Origin: an uncultured Candidatus Binatia bacterium
Lineage (GTDB): Bacteria; Desulfobacterota; Binatia; UBA9968; JAJDTQ01
Direction of reading: 5' to 3'
NCBI GenBank assembly: GCA_965213675.1
Contig: OZ243916.1
Location: forward strand, 416,001-480,000
DNA: 64,000 nucleotides
A program made the position numbers and the translations under genes. Of the stretch, positions 1 through 10,314 are shown piece after piece. A model generated the notes under the pieces. The model ran no database searches. It worked only from the letters and a program-made list of their open reading frames with translations, and was not told the origin of the DNA. How positions within the stretch are numbered: the first letter of the stretch is position 1; every line of letters starts with the position of its first letter.

Positions 1-80
1 CCGCGGACTACAAGCGCCACCTCGTGCGGGTGCTGGGGCGCCGTGCCCTGGCGGCGGCGTGGCAGGAGGCATGCCCATGA
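1..80 (+). CDS. C-terminal fragment of FAD-binding (CoxM/XdhB-type) molybdo-hydroxylase subunit, 5' truncated
   Basis: Frame 3 reads ADYKRHLVRVLGRRALAAAWQEACP*, similar to the C-terminus (SADYRREMVRVLTRRA) of the FAD subunit at 30337-31221. Its stop overlaps the next ATG (ATGA). Confidence 0.8.
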   Translation, partial: ADYKRHLVRVLGRRALAAAWQEACP

Positions 81-2500
81 GCGTGGTGGGGAGCGACGTC
101 CCGCGGGTGGACGGCAACGCCAAGGTTTCCGGGTCGGCCCAGTACACGGCCGACATCGAGTTGCCCGGCATGCTTCATGCCAAAGCGCTGCGGAGCCCTC
201 ACCCGCACGCCCGGCTCGTCCACATCGACGCGAGCAAGGCCGCGGCTTTGCCCGGCGTCATGGCCGTCGTCACCCGCGACGACCTCGAAGGCCTGAATCC
301 CTATTACGGCGCGGTGGTGGAGGACCAGCCGGTGCTGGCCATGGACCGGGTGCGCTGCGTCGGCGACATCGTGGCCGCGGTGGCGGCGGAAGAGCGCGAC
401 ATCGCCGAGGAGGCGGTGGATCTCATCGAGGTGGAATACGAGCCTCTGCCCGCGGTTTTCGACGTGGTGGAAGCGGCGCGGCCCGAGGCGCCGGTGCTCC
501 ACGAAGGGCGCTTCGAGACCCAGGCCGCCGTCTTCCGCGAGCAACTCAACCTCAACGCCGGCGGCAACGTGTGCAGCGTATTCCGGGCCGCGGACGGGGA
601 TGTGGACGCGGGCTTCGCCGGGTCCGACGAGGTGTTCGAGAACACCTACCGCATGCCGCCGGTGCAGCATGGTCACATCGAGCCCCACGTGGCCACCGCC
701 GTGTGGGAGTCGCCCAACCGGCTGGTGGTGCATACGCCGTGCCAGAACGCGGTGGGGCTTCAGGAGCAGTTGGCGCGCATCTTCGACCTGCCCGAGAGCG
801 GCGTGCGCGTGATCGTTCCGTACGTCGGCGGCGGCTACGGCGGCAAGACCCACGCCCGCCTGGAGCCGGTAACGGCGCTCCTTGCGCGCAAGGCCGGCCG
901 GCCGGTGCAGTGGGTGCTCACCCGCGAGGAAGTGTTCCTCACCGGGCGGCGCTACGGCGGCTTCGTGCGCATGAAGACCGGCTTCAAGCGCGACGGCGCG
1001 CTGGTGGCCCGTGAAGTGGATGTCTTCTACGATCTCGGCGCCTACGCCCTTTCCGGGCCGGCCAACGCCAAGACCGGCTCCTACGTGGCCAGCGGACCGT
1101 ACCGGGTGCCCAACCGCCGGCTCACGACCTACGCGGTGTACACCAACCTGCCTCCCGCCGGCCCCTACCGTGGCGTGGGCGTGCCCCACGTGGCCTGGGC
1201 CTACGAGTCCGAGATGGACCGCATCGCGCGCCATCTCGGCATGGACCCGCTGGAGCTGCGCCTCAAGAACCTGTTGCAGGAAGGCGACATCTTCGTCACC
1301 GGCGAGGCGCTGGTGTCGGTGGGCATTTCGGACTGTCTGCGGCAGGCGGCCTCGGGCATCGGCTGGCGCGGTCGCGAGGAACAGGCGAACCCGGAGCCGG
1401 GAAACGGGGGCGGGACGGACCGCCGGACGGAGCATTCTTCCGAGGAAGTGGGCGAGGCGCCGACGGCGCGCGTCGAGCAGGCGGACAGGGCGCCATCGGG
1501 CGGGGCAGCCCGTGGCGCGCTGCGGCGTGGCAAGGGCCTTGCGGTGATCATGAAGAGCACCACCACGCCCACGGCTTCGGCCGCCAGCGTGCGCCTCAAC
1601 GGCGACGGCTCGGTGATGCTCCTCACCAGCAGCACCGAAATCGGCCAGGGGGTGCGCACGTGCCTGGCGCAGATTGTCGCCGAGCGCCTCGGCATGCCAG
1701 TGGATCGGGTTACCGTGTCCGCGCCGGACACCGACGTGACGCCCTACGACAAGTCCACCAGCTCCAGCCGCACCACCTTCCACATGGGCAACGCCGCCCT
1801 GCGCGCCGCCGAGGAAGTGCGCGACCAACTCCTGGAGGCCGGCGCCCAGGCGCTGGAGGTGGACAAGGCGGACCTCGAATTCGGCGCCGCCGGCGTGAGC
1901 GTCCGAGGCGTGCCCGACCGGAACCTGACCATCCCGCAACTGCTGCGGGTCAAGTACGGCGATTCCGTGGGCAGTGTCTTCGGGAGCTGCAACTTCCAGG
2001 TCCAGGGCGGGCTCGATCCCAAGACCGGCAAGGGCAAGGCCGCGGCCTTTTGGTTCTTTGCGGCCTGCGGCGCGGAGGTGGAGGTGGACGTGGAGACCGG
2101 CAAGGTGCGCGTGCTCGACATCGCCACTTCCGTGGATGTGGGCAAGGCCATCAACCCGCTCCAATGCTGGCTCCAGAACGAGGGCTCCATGCTGGAGGCC
2201 CTGGGGGCGGCGTTTTTCGAGGAGATGGTGTTCGAGCAGGGGCAGCCGGTGAACGGCACACTGCTGGAGTACATGCTTCCGTCCATGGAGGACCACCCGG
2301 AACGCTTCCAGTCGCTGCTGGTGGAGACGCCGCACCCCGACGGCCCTTTCGGCGCCAAGGGCGCGGGCGAGGCCGTGATTCCGGCCGTGGCCCCGGCCAT
2401 TGGCAACGCCGTGGCCAACGCCTTGGGCGGCGTCAATATCACCGAGTTGCCGCTCCGCCCGGAACGGATCGTGGCCGCGCTGGCCGAGCGCCGACTTTAA
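77..2500 (+). CDS. Xanthine dehydrogenase/CoxL-family molybdopterin-binding large subunit
   Basis: RVDGNAKVSG, RSPHPHAR, GGGYGGK, GPYRGVG, EIGQG, EVEVDVETGKV and GAKGAGE motifs. Alternative start at 71. Confidence 0.95.
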   Translation: MSVVGSDVPRVDGNAKVSGSAQYTADIELPGMLHAKALRSPHPHARLVHIDASKAAALPGVMAVVTRDDLEGLNPYYGAVVEDQPVLAMDRVRCVGDIVAAVAAEERDIAEEAVDLIEVEYEPLPAVFDVVEAARPEAPVLHEGRFETQAAVFREQLNLNAGGNVCSVFRAADGDVDAGFAGSDEVFENTYRMPPVQHGHIEPHVATAVWESPNRLVVHTPCQNAVGLQEQLARIFDLPESGVRVIVPYVGGGYGGKTHARLEPVTALLARKAGRPVQWVLTREEVFLTGRRYGGFVRMKTGFKRDGALVAREVDVFYDLGAYALSGPANAKTGSYVASGPYRVPNRRLTTYAVYTNLPPAGPYRGVGVPHVAWAYESEMDRIARHLGMDPLELRLKNLLQEGDIFVTGEALVSVGISDCLRQAASGIGWRGREEQANPEPGNGGGTDRRTEHSSEEVGEAPTARVEQADRAPSGGAARGALRRGKGLAVIMKSTTTPTASAASVRLNGDGSVMLLTSSTEIGQGVRTCLAQIVAERLGMPVDRVTVSAPDTDVTPYDKSTSSSRTTFHMGNAALRAAEEVRDQLLEAGAQALEVDKADLEFGAAGVSVRGVPDRNLTIPQLLRVKYGDSVGSVFGSCNFQVQGGLDPKTGKGKAAAFWFFAACGAEVEVDVETGKVRVLDIATSVDVGKAINPLQCWLQNEGSMLEALGAAFFEEMVFEQGQPVNGTLLEYMLPSMEDHPERFQSLLVETPHPDGPFGAKGAGEAVIPAVAPAIGNAVANALGGVNITELPLRPERIVAALAERRL

Positions 2501-2581
2501 GACTTGAACTTGTCACGTCTGCGCGTCCTTCGACTTCGCTGCGCGAGCCGCGGGACGTAGCCATACGAGCGAGGCGGCACC

Positions 2582-3109
2582 ATGCGACATCTCATCACCG
2601 CAACGGTCAATGGAAGGCAACGCGAGTTGTCGGTCAGGTCCAGCCAGACGCTGCTGGACGTGTTGCGCGACGACCTGCGGCTCAAGGGAACCCACGAGGG
2701 TTGCAGCGTGGGCGTGTGCGGCTCGTGCACCGTGCTGTTGGACGGAAAGCCGGTCAGCTCGTGCCTGATGCTCGCCGCCAACGCCGAGGGACGCGAGGTG
2801 CTCACCATCGAGGGCCTCGGCCGGGGAAGCGACCTCGATCCGGTGCAACAAGCGTTCCTGGATAAACAGGCGTTCCAGTGCGGCTTTTGTACGCCGGGCA
2901 TGATTATGGCCGTCAAGGGCCTCTTGAACGAAAACCCCAAGCCGGGCGAAGCCGAGGTGCGCGACTACCTGTCGGGCAACATCTGCCGCTGCGGCACCTA
3001 CGTCGAAGTGATGGCCGCGGTCGAGCAATTGACCCGCCGGTCCGCGGGCAGGGACGACCGGCCGGTGGACCCTGCGGGACAGGAGCAGGCGGGGACAGAG
3101 CCGGGGTAG
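2582..3109 (+). CDS. 2x[2Fe-2S] small subunit (CoxS/XdhC-like)
   Basis: GCSVGVCGSCTV..SC and QCGFCTPG..NICRC cysteine motifs. Confidence 0.95.
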   Translation: MRHLITATVNGRQRELSVRSSQTLLDVLRDDLRLKGTHEGCSVGVCGSCTVLLDGKPVSSCLMLAANAEGREVLTIEGLGRGSDLDPVQQAFLDKQAFQCGFCTPGMIMAVKGLLNENPKPGEAEVRDYLSGNICRCGTYVEVMAAVEQLTRRSAGRDDRPVDPAGQEQAGTEPG

Positions 3110-3300
3110 CTATCCCGCGGCAGGGCCGACCAGCAGCCCGCTCAGTTGCAGGAAGAGACAAGGACAGAACCGGGTTAGCCACCATGAGGCGGGAGCGACC
3201 GGTGGTCGCCCGCGGCACGCGCGTCGTATCGGCCGAAGCGATGACTCGATGCGATACTCCGACGGCCTGTGCCGCAACAGATGAACCGGGAGGCACGGCA

Positions 3301-4347
3301 ATGACCGAACGCATACTGGCGGGAACGCAGGAAGGCTTGCAAGTGTGGCGCAACCGGGGCAGCGGCTGGGAAGAACTTGACGTGCAACTTCCTCCCGGCA
3401 CGGTGGACGCCATCGACGGCCCGGCGCAACGGCCCGGGACCGTTTACGCCAGCGTGGCCGGCGAAGGGTTGTGCCGCAGCGACGACGGCGGGCAACACTG
3501 GCGCGCCGTCTTCCACGGCAACGTGCGCGCCGTCACCGTCGATCCCGTAGATCCGGACGTGGTCTACGTGGGCACCGAGCCCATCCACCTGTTCCGCAGC
3601 GAGGACGGTGGCCTGACCTGGGAGGAACTGTCCGCCTTGCAGGCGTTGCCGCCCGAGGTGCGCGCCAAGTGGACCTATCCGCGACCGCCGCATCGCGAGC
3701 ACGTCCGCCACATCTTCGTCTCTCCCGACGACCCCCGGACCCTGTACGTGTGCCTGGAACACGGCGGCATCGTGCGTACCTTCGACCGCGGCGCTTCCTT
3801 TGAGGACGTGAGCGGCGGTATCGATTATCTCGATATTCATCACATCAGCACCACGCCGGCGGGCGCGGGTCCCATGTTCGTGGCCACCGCCCAGGGCTTT
3901 TTCCGCAGCGCCGAACCGGGCACGGGCTGGCAGCGCGCGGAACACGGCATGACCCGCGACTACTTTCACGACTTCGTCTTCCTGCCGGGCGATCCGCCCG
4001 TCATGCTGGTGGCCACCGCGGACAAGTCGCCGGGTTACTGGGATCGCCCGGAGAAAGCTCAAGGGGCGCTGTTCCGCAGCCGCGACCTGGCCGGCTCCTG
4101 GGAACGGGTGGGCGTGGAGCGCGGGTTGCCCGACCGCATGCCGCAGATGGTATGGGCGCTGACCCAGCATCCCGAAGAACCGCGCCGCGTGTACGCCGGC
4201 CTGGGCGCGGTCTCCCGCGGTCGTTCCAGTGATGCCACCCAGAGAGGCAACGGCGACATCCTCGTCTCGGAAAACGACGGCGAGTCCTGGGAACGGCTGC
4301 CGCTGGAGCTTCCGGCGGACCGGGTGCTGTTGGTGCGCCCGGAGTAG
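3301..4347 (+). CDS. BNR/Asp-box repeat beta-propeller protein (YCF48/sialidase-like fold)
   Basis: Repeated Asp-boxes RSDDGGQHW, RSEDGGLTW, SENDGESW. GGAGG RBS before ATG 3301. Confidence 0.8.
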   Translation: MTERILAGTQEGLQVWRNRGSGWEELDVQLPPGTVDAIDGPAQRPGTVYASVAGEGLCRSDDGGQHWRAVFHGNVRAVTVDPVDPDVVYVGTEPIHLFRSEDGGLTWEELSALQALPPEVRAKWTYPRPPHREHVRHIFVSPDDPRTLYVCLEHGGIVRTFDRGASFEDVSGGIDYLDIHHISTTPAGAGPMFVATAQGFFRSAEPGTGWQRAEHGMTRDYFHDFVFLPGDPPVMLVATADKSPGYWDRPEKAQGALFRSRDLAGSWERVGVERGLPDRMPQMVWALTQHPEEPRRVYAGLGAVSRGRSSDATQRGNGDILVSENDGESWERLPLELPADRVLLVRPE

Positions 4348-4358
4348 AAGCCGGTGCC

Positions 4359-4473
4359 GCGGGAATTCGTGGGACACGACACTCAGGTCCTGTTTGATGA
4401 AATCGAGCGGCTGAGGGCACGACTGAGAGGGGATTTGCAGCCGTGAATTCCTGCGGCGCAAGTTTTCAGGCAA
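4359..4473. repeat. Intergenic repeat/MITE remnant
   Basis: 4393-4473 aligns ungapped with 33349-33429 (67/81 identical by manual count). 4359-4386 carries the end motif GGGACACGACACT. Confidence 0.75.
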
Positions 4474-4549
4474 GGGATGGCGCCCTTCGGTCCGCGCGCA
4501 CAGGCTGCGCCACGCGAGCCACGCAAGATCGAAGGATGCCCGCGGTACG

Positions 4550-5278
4550 ATGATCTACGCCGTTTTCGACATCGAAACCCGCATCGACAAGGCTCTGGTC
4601 AAGTCGGTCTACGCGCCTGACGACGATGTCTCTGAGCGGGTGGCGTACGAGAAGGTGCGCGCCGAGCGGCTGGCGGAGTCCGGCACCGACTTCCTGCCAC
4701 TCTCTTTCCACGTGCCCATCTCCATCGCCGTGGGCATCGTGAACAGCGACGCGACGCTCGTCGACGTGGAAACCCTGTGCGCGGACGCCTACAGCGAGGA
4801 GGCCATCGTCCGGGACTTCTGGGAGCGGGTGGAACGGTTCAGCGGCACGCTCGTGTCGTTCAACGGCCGGAACTTCGACCTGCCCGTGCTGGAGCTCCAC
4901 GCCCTGAAATACGGCTGCCGCGCACCGCGATACTTCAACGAGCGCTACGGCCACCGCTACCGTTACTCGGAGGAGCGCCACTACGACCTCTACGAATTCA
5001 TCGGCAACCACGGCGTCAACCGCATTCGCGGCGGTTTCGACCTCCTGTGCAAGCTCATCGGCCTGCGCGGCAAGGGGGCCGTGGAGGGCGCCCTGGTCCA
5101 GGACATGTGGGACGCGGGCCGTCTGGAAGAGATTCACGAGTACTGCCGCCAGGACGTGATCCAGACCTATTTCCTGCTGCTCCGGGTAGAGCGAATGCGC
5201 GGCCGCATCGACGAAAGCCAGTACGAGGCCGCTTGGGCCGCCACGGAACGCTTCCGGAAACAGCTCGAAGCGGAGTAG
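4550..5278 (+). CDS. DEDD 3'-5' exonuclease (PolB exonuclease-related, stand-alone)
   Basis: ExoI FDIET, ExoII FNGRNFDLP, ExoIII YCRQD. Confidence 0.88.
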   Translation: MIYAVFDIETRIDKALVKSVYAPDDDVSERVAYEKVRAERLAESGTDFLPLSFHVPISIAVGIVNSDATLVDVETLCADAYSEEAIVRDFWERVERFSGTLVSFNGRNFDLPVLELHALKYGCRAPRYFNERYGHRYRYSEERHYDLYEFIGNHGVNRIRGGFDLLCKLIGLRGKGAVEGALVQDMWDAGRLEEIHEYCRQDVIQTYFLLLRVERMRGRIDESQYEAAWAATERFRKQLEAE

Positions 5279-5426
5279 TTGGCGACGTCGCACCGGGCAA
5301 GGCCGCGGTGAGACGGAAGCGGCCTCCTGAAGAGGGAGATGGCGCGCCGCAAACCTGGAATGGCCATGCACCGCAGACACCCGCGCCGGGAACGGGCCTC
5401 AACAGACCGCGTGATGCAACACCGCC

Positions 5427-6671
5427 CTACCGCTCCAGCGTCTCTTTCGCCACGAAGGCCAGCAGTCCCGCGGACAACCAGAGTATCGGCGTGAGCGCGA
5501 GAAACGGCACGCCGGGATAGAACGCGTTGGCGAGCATGCCGCCAGCCAGGGGCGCGCCCAGGCCGCCCACGTCGGCCACGGTGCGGCGCATGGCCTGAAG
5601 GCGCCCGCGGGCATGGCGCGGCGCCACGTCGTAGGTGGATGTGGCGAGGCAACCCAGAGACAGCCCGTTGGCGATGCCGGTGAGGGACACCAGCACGGTC
5701 AGTTCGAGGAACGTGTCGGCCAGCGGTATGATGAGGAAGACCACCGCCGGGATCACGCTGCTCGGTACCGTCGCCCACTTCCTGCCCACCTTGTCGAGCA
5801 CAAAGCCCGCGGGAACGATCATGAGAAAGACCACCACGCCCGAGATGGAGAAGAGGGCGCCCACCTCCACCGGGGTGAATCCCAGGTACGCGCCGGCATA
5901 GAGCGGCAGCATGCTTTGAAGCGTGAGCCGGAACATCAGGCTGGCGCCGGTGGCCACGACAAGGACGGCGTAGGTCGGACGCAGCGACGGCTCCACCTCG
6001 CGGTAGAGTGCGACGATGCGGCCGAGCCAGTGGCGCGGGCCAACGCCCCTGTCTGGGCTTCGCACGGGGGGGCTCGGCGCGGCATCGGCCTTCGCGGGCC
6101 GGTCCACCGCGAGACTGCACAAGGTCGCCAGCGCGGCCCAGAGCGCGGCGGCCAGGAACACCGTGCGGAATCCCCAGGACACGGTGAGGAAGCCGCCCAC
6201 CAGCGGCCCCAGGGTCAAGCCGCCGTTGTGAACCCCGTGAAAGCCGCTCATGACCCGGCCGCGCTGAGTCTGGGCGGTGAGGTCGATGCCCGTGACCTCC
6301 CGGCCCATGGCCCATATGGCGTCGGCCACGCCGATGACGAAAAGCGCCATCAGGAGCCCGGCGAAGGAGGGGCTCGCGAATGCCCCGAGGGCGGCCAGCC
6401 CGGTGGTGGCGGCGCCGGCCACCATCATCACCCGCGGGCCGATGCGGTCGAGCATGATGCCGCTCATGGGGGTGCCGCAAAAGCGCCCCGCCGCCCACGC
6501 GGTCACGGTCTGCGCGGCCGCGCCCATGGAGATGTCGAAGGAGCCGGCCAGCACCGGGATGGTGGGCAACACCATGCCCCAGGCGAGTCCCGAGAAGAGG
6601 GCGCCGCCATAGAGCAGCGTGAAGTTGCGCAGCACGCGCGGTTCGAGTCCGGCCATGGTCACGGCGCCCAT
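5427..6671 (-). CDS. MFS transporter
   Basis: About 12 hydrophobic segments; motif A-like GIMLDRIGPR and GFVLDKVGRK. Confidence 0.9.
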   Translation of the reverse strand: MGAVTMAGLEPRVLRNFTLLYGGALFSGLAWGMVLPTIPVLAGSFDISMGAAAQTVTAWAAGRFCGTPMSGIMLDRIGPRVMMVAGAATTGLAALGAFASPSFAGLLMALFVIGVADAIWAMGREVTGIDLTAQTQRGRVMSGFHGVHNGGLTLGPLVGGFLTVSWGFRTVFLAAALWAALATLCSLAVDRPAKADAAPSPPVRSPDRGVGPRHWLGRIVALYREVEPSLRPTYAVLVVATGASLMFRLTLQSMLPLYAGAYLGFTPVEVGALFSISGVVVFLMIVPAGFVLDKVGRKWATVPSSVIPAVVFLIIPLADTFLELTVLVSLTGIANGLSLGCLATSTYDVAPRHARGRLQAMRRTVADVGGLGAPLAGGMLANAFYPGVPFLALTPILWLSAGLLAFVAKETLER

Positions 6672-6681
6672 TCACACGTTC

Positions 6682-7563
6682 TCATCGCGCCGCCCCTCCC
6701 AGCGTGATGGCCAGCGTCCCGGTCACCACCGCCAGGCTGCCGCCCACGGTGCGCCGGTTCACCATTTCGATGTTGTGCAGGAACACCACGGCGTAGAGCA
6801 GCACCCACATGGGCTGGGTGGCGACCATGGGGGTGACCAGCACCACCGGGCCGACGCTGAGGCCGGTGGTGAACAGCAGGAACCCCAGATTCTCCAGCAA
6901 GGCGGCGGCCAGGAACGGTCCCAGGGATTGTCGGTTCCACACGGGGCGGGTGGGCGTTCCCGGCAACGCCAGGTAGCTGGCGAAGGACGCCAGCGACACG
7001 GCTCCGACCACGGCCGCGAACAGGATCGGGTAGCCGTCCCCCTGCAACGAGTAGCGCGCGAGGTTGTGCACCGCGGCCGCGCTCAAGGCGCCGCCCAGGG
7101 AGTAGACGCCATGCCACCAGCGGGCGCCGGCGCGCCGCTCCTCGTCGCGCCACGAGATCAGGGTGATGCCCGCCACGATGAGGACAATGCCGGCAAGGAC
7201 CGGCAGGGTGGCGTCCTCGCCCAGGAAGCTCAGCGCCAGCAGAGTGCTGAAGAGCGGGTGGGTGGAGCGCAGGGCCGTGCCGCGGGCGGCGCCGATGCGC
7301 GCGATGCCGGTGTAGGTGAGCCAGCGCACCACGGGCATGAGAAAACCCACGAGCACGGCAGGCCACAGGAACGCGGCGCCCACGGCCGGAACCCCCGTGA
7401 AAAGCGCCACCAACGTCCACAGCACCACGGTCTGGGAGATCAGCGAGAGCAGGGTAATGGTGGTGGCGTTGGAGTATTGCAGACCCCGGCGCGCGGAGAT
7501 GATGCTGACGCCGTAGGTCCAGGCGGTCAGAAGGCCGACGGCTTGAGGCAGGTACGGCGTCAT
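6682..7563 (-). CDS. EamA/DMT-family transporter
   Basis: 293-aa hydrophobic protein with two repeats; THPLFSTLLALSFLGE motif. Confidence 0.88.
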   Translation of the reverse strand: MTPYLPQAVGLLTAWTYGVSIISARRGLQYSNATTITLLSLISQTVVLWTLVALFTGVPAVGAAFLWPAVLVGFLMPVVRWLTYTGIARIGAARGTALRSTHPLFSTLLALSFLGEDATLPVLAGIVLIVAGITLISWRDEERRAGARWWHGVYSLGGALSAAAVHNLARYSLQGDGYPILFAAVVGAVSLASFASYLALPGTPTRPVWNRQSLGPFLAAALLENLGFLLFTTGLSVGPVVLVTPMVATQPMWVLLYAVVFLHNIEMVNRRTVGGSLAVVTGTLAITLGGAAR

Positions 7564-7600
7564 GGGCGCGCGTGCGGCGCCAACCAGACCCGCCGGGCCA

Positions 7601-8662
7601 TCAGTTGCGGATGTCCTGCTGGAACCACTCCAGCGGCAATTCGTGGCCGAGGCCGTTGTCCCTGGCGTAGCGGTAGACCAGATAACCGACGGCGGCGAAC
7701 TGGATGCCGGCGGAGAAGTTGTGGTGCAGGGTGGTCTGTCCGTCGTTCTCCCGGCCCGGTTTCTCGCCCATCAACACTTCGGACAGCGTGGTGTGGTTCC
7801 GGTCGGTGTAGCGCCGCATGTAGTTCTTGTCCATGGGGCGCCGGTCGCGTTCTTCCTGCGTGCCCAGCGCGTAGTTGAACACGGCCTGGTTGGAGGTGCC
7901 GATCACCACGTCCGCCTTCTCGTAAGTCTCGTCCTCGAGTTCCTCCGGACGCACGTCCACCACGTGCATGCCGGTCTGGAGCCAGTCCGCCTGAAACAGG
8001 GGCACGCGCGAGTCCGTGCAGGTGGCGCCGATGTCGGCGCCGCTCATGGCCTCCCGCGCGGAGTTCACCGCGGTAACCTTGATCCCCAGGGTCTCCGCCA
8101 TCTTCTTCGCGTAGGCCTCCCGGTTGGCCTGGGTGGGGCTGAAAACCTTGATGTGTTCGATGGGGCGGACGGCGCAGGCGGCCATGGCATAGGTACGCGC
8201 CATGGCGCCGGATCCCAGCACGCCCATCACACGGGAGTCGGCGCGGGACAGATGCCTGACCCCGACCCCGGCGGTGGCGCCCACCCGGTAACTCTGGAGA
8301 TAGCCGTCGTTCATGATGCACAGGAGTTCGCCCGTGCGCGTGTCCACCAGCAGGATGATCCCGCAGTACTTGCCCGGTTCGACGTTGAACCAGTGTTCGG
8401 TGACCGCGCCGTTGTATTCCTGCCAAGTCATGATGTCGAGCTTGAATCGAAACGCCAGGACCGGCGGGTCCTTGATGGCGCCCAGCAGGGAGCCCCAGCG
8501 GAAGTAGTCGCCCACAGTGGCGGTGGGCGACCACAGGTCGGTGCGCGGCTGAAAAACGGCGTCGCCCTCGGCAAGCTGTTTGAGCGCGTTCTCCATGGCA
8601 TCGACGGCGTCGTTCATGCGTAGCGCCTGTTCAGCGATGCGATTGTCGATCATCAGTGGCAT
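7601..8662 (-). CDS. Ornithine cyclodeaminase/mu-crystallin family protein
   Basis: LVDTRTGE, YRVGAT, GSGAMA Rossmann motif, GRENDGQTT, AGIQF. Confidence 0.9.
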   Translation of the reverse strand: MPLMIDNRIAEQALRMNDAVDAMENALKQLAEGDAVFQPRTDLWSPTATVGDYFRWGSLLGAIKDPPVLAFRFKLDIMTWQEYNGAVTEHWFNVEPGKYCGIILLVDTRTGELLCIMNDGYLQSYRVGATAGVGVRHLSRADSRVMGVLGSGAMARTYAMAACAVRPIEHIKVFSPTQANREAYAKKMAETLGIKVTAVNSAREAMSGADIGATCTDSRVPLFQADWLQTGMHVVDVRPEELEDETYEKADVVIGTSNQAVFNYALGTQEERDRRPMDKNYMRRYTDRNHTTLSEVLMGEKPGRENDGQTTLHHNFSAGIQFAAVGYLVYRYARDNGLGHELPLEWFQQDIRN

Positions 8663-8691
8663 GGTGTTCTCCGGTGATGCGCAAGCTGCTG

Positions 8692-8850
8692 GTGTGGTGT
8701 CTGGTTAATTCGCGTCATAATCTACGGAGGATATTTTGTCGTCGGCAAGGCGCGATGACGAGCAGTGGCGGGTACCACGCGAGGAAGAGCAACGCAGCCG
8801 ACGGCGAAAAAGACCCGCAGATTATGACGCGTATTAACCAGACACCACAC
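8692..8850. mobile_element. MITE-like element with 32-bp terminal inverted repeats
   Basis: GTGTGGTGTCTGGTTAATTCGCGTCATAATCT (8692-8723) matches the reverse complement of 8819-8850 with 1 mismatch. The right end overlaps CTAG. No transposase ORF. Confidence 0.8.
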
Positions 8851-9161
8851 TAGCTCTCGTGCTAGCAGCTTTCCGCCGCGGGTGTCCAACGGTGTTCGCC
8901 CTGGGTGTTCCCCGTGTCCTGTGCCGCGCAGGTTGCGCAGGGATGACGGAAGTTGGAAGTTCGGACGGGGTCGATCCGGCGGAACGAGTCCCTGTGAGGA
9001 CAGGAACGATGTCCCACCGGCCCTGGACGCGGGCGCCCGGTCCGTGTGGGAACGTCTTGCATCCTGTGTTCGAAACAGGGTTGCGACGGGAGTCTGTGTC
9101 CGGTAGTCTTTCGCGGACCATTTGCCAGGACAATTCGTTCCGGAACAGGAGGACCGACAAC

Positions 9162-10244
9162 ATGAACAGACGTGCCCGTCGATACTTGCTTGTGGTGGCC
9201 GCGTGGGTCGCCGTGGCGCTGACATTGCCGGCGTTCAATGCCGCCGCCGCGGATCTCAGCGGCAAGACCGTTACCTGGACGATTCCGTTCAGCGAGGGCG
9301 GCGGTTCCGGCCGCTGGGCCCGTTTCGTCGAGCCGTTTCTGCGCAAGCACAGCGGCGCCGACATCCGGTTGAAGTTCGTTCCTGGTGGTGGCTCCACCAA
9401 GGGCGCGAACCTCTACGCCAAACGCGCCAAGCCGGACGGCCTGGATTTGTTGGGCACCTCGGGTTCCACCCAGTTTCCGTTCCTGCTGGGCGACAAGCGC
9501 GTGAAGTACGACTACGGCGCGTGGCGTCCGCTGCTGGCCTATGCCACGGGCGGCGTCGCGTATATCAGTCCAAAGTTGGGCGCCAAGACCGCCGCTGAAC
9601 TGGTGGCCAGTAAACCGTCGCTCAAGTACGGCTCCCAGGGCGCCACGTCGCTGGACCTCGTGCCGTTGCTGGCGTTCGAAATGCTCGGCCTCGACGTCAA
9701 GGCCGTGTTCGGCATGAAGGGCCGTTCCGCGGGTCGCAAGGCGTTCATGACGGGCGAGACCAGCATCGACTACCAGACGTCCGCGGCCTACCTGTCCAAG
9801 GTGACCCCGCTGGTGAAGGAGGGCAGCGCGCTGCCGATCCTGTCCTGGGGCGCCCTCGACGCCAAGGGCAACCTGGTTCGCGATCCCAACTTCCCGGACC
9901 TGCCGCACTTCGCCGAAGTCTATGAGCAGGTCCACGGGAAGAAGCCCTCCGGCACCTGGTTCGACGCGTGGAAGGCTTTTTTCACCGCGGGTTTCCCGGC
10001 CCAGAAGTTCGTGGTGGTCCCCAAGGACACGCCTGACGACGTGGCGAAGGCCTACGAGGACGCCTTCAACAAGATGCTGGCGGACCCGGAGTACATCGCC
10101 AACAAGGACAAGAAGATCGGCACCTACGCCCAGGTGACGGGGTCGGCGGCGGCACTGAAGTTCAAGGCGGCCACGCAGGTTCCGGCGGAGGCCCGGAAAT
10201 GGGTGCGGGATTGGCTGACCAAGAAGTACAACGTGGTTTTCTGA
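9162..10244 (+). CDS. tctC: Tripartite tricarboxylate transporter substrate-binding protein (TctC/Bug)
   Basis: Signal peptide, IPFSEGGG, PGGG, KPDG motifs; AGGAGG RBS. Confidence 0.9.
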   Translation: MNRRARRYLLVVAAWVAVALTLPAFNAAAADLSGKTVTWTIPFSEGGGSGRWARFVEPFLRKHSGADIRLKFVPGGGSTKGANLYAKRAKPDGLDLLGTSGSTQFPFLLGDKRVKYDYGAWRPLLAYATGGVAYISPKLGAKTAAELVASKPSLKYGSQGATSLDLVPLLAFEMLGLDVKAVFGMKGRSAGRKAFMTGETSIDYQTSAAYLSKVTPLVKEGSALPILSWGALDAKGNLVRDPNFPDLPHFAEVYEQVHGKKPSGTWFDAWKAFFTAGFPAQKFVVVPKDTPDDVAKAYEDAFNKMLADPEYIANKDKKIGTYAQVTGSAAALKFKAATQVPAEARKWVRDWLTKKYNVVF

Positions 10245-10314
10245 GGACCTGTCCCGCGTGTCCGCGTCCTGTGGGGCGCGGCCGCGCTCGGACGGGTTGC
10301 AGAGCCTGAAAGCG

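Noticed and set aside
8-2335. Long antisense or alternate-frame ORFs (also 13712-16612, 10685-12469, 17397-19268, 21423-23276, 51413-53251 and others)
   Set aside because: They shadow well-supported genes, are Arg/Gly/His-rich without motifs, and are expected in high-GC DNA.
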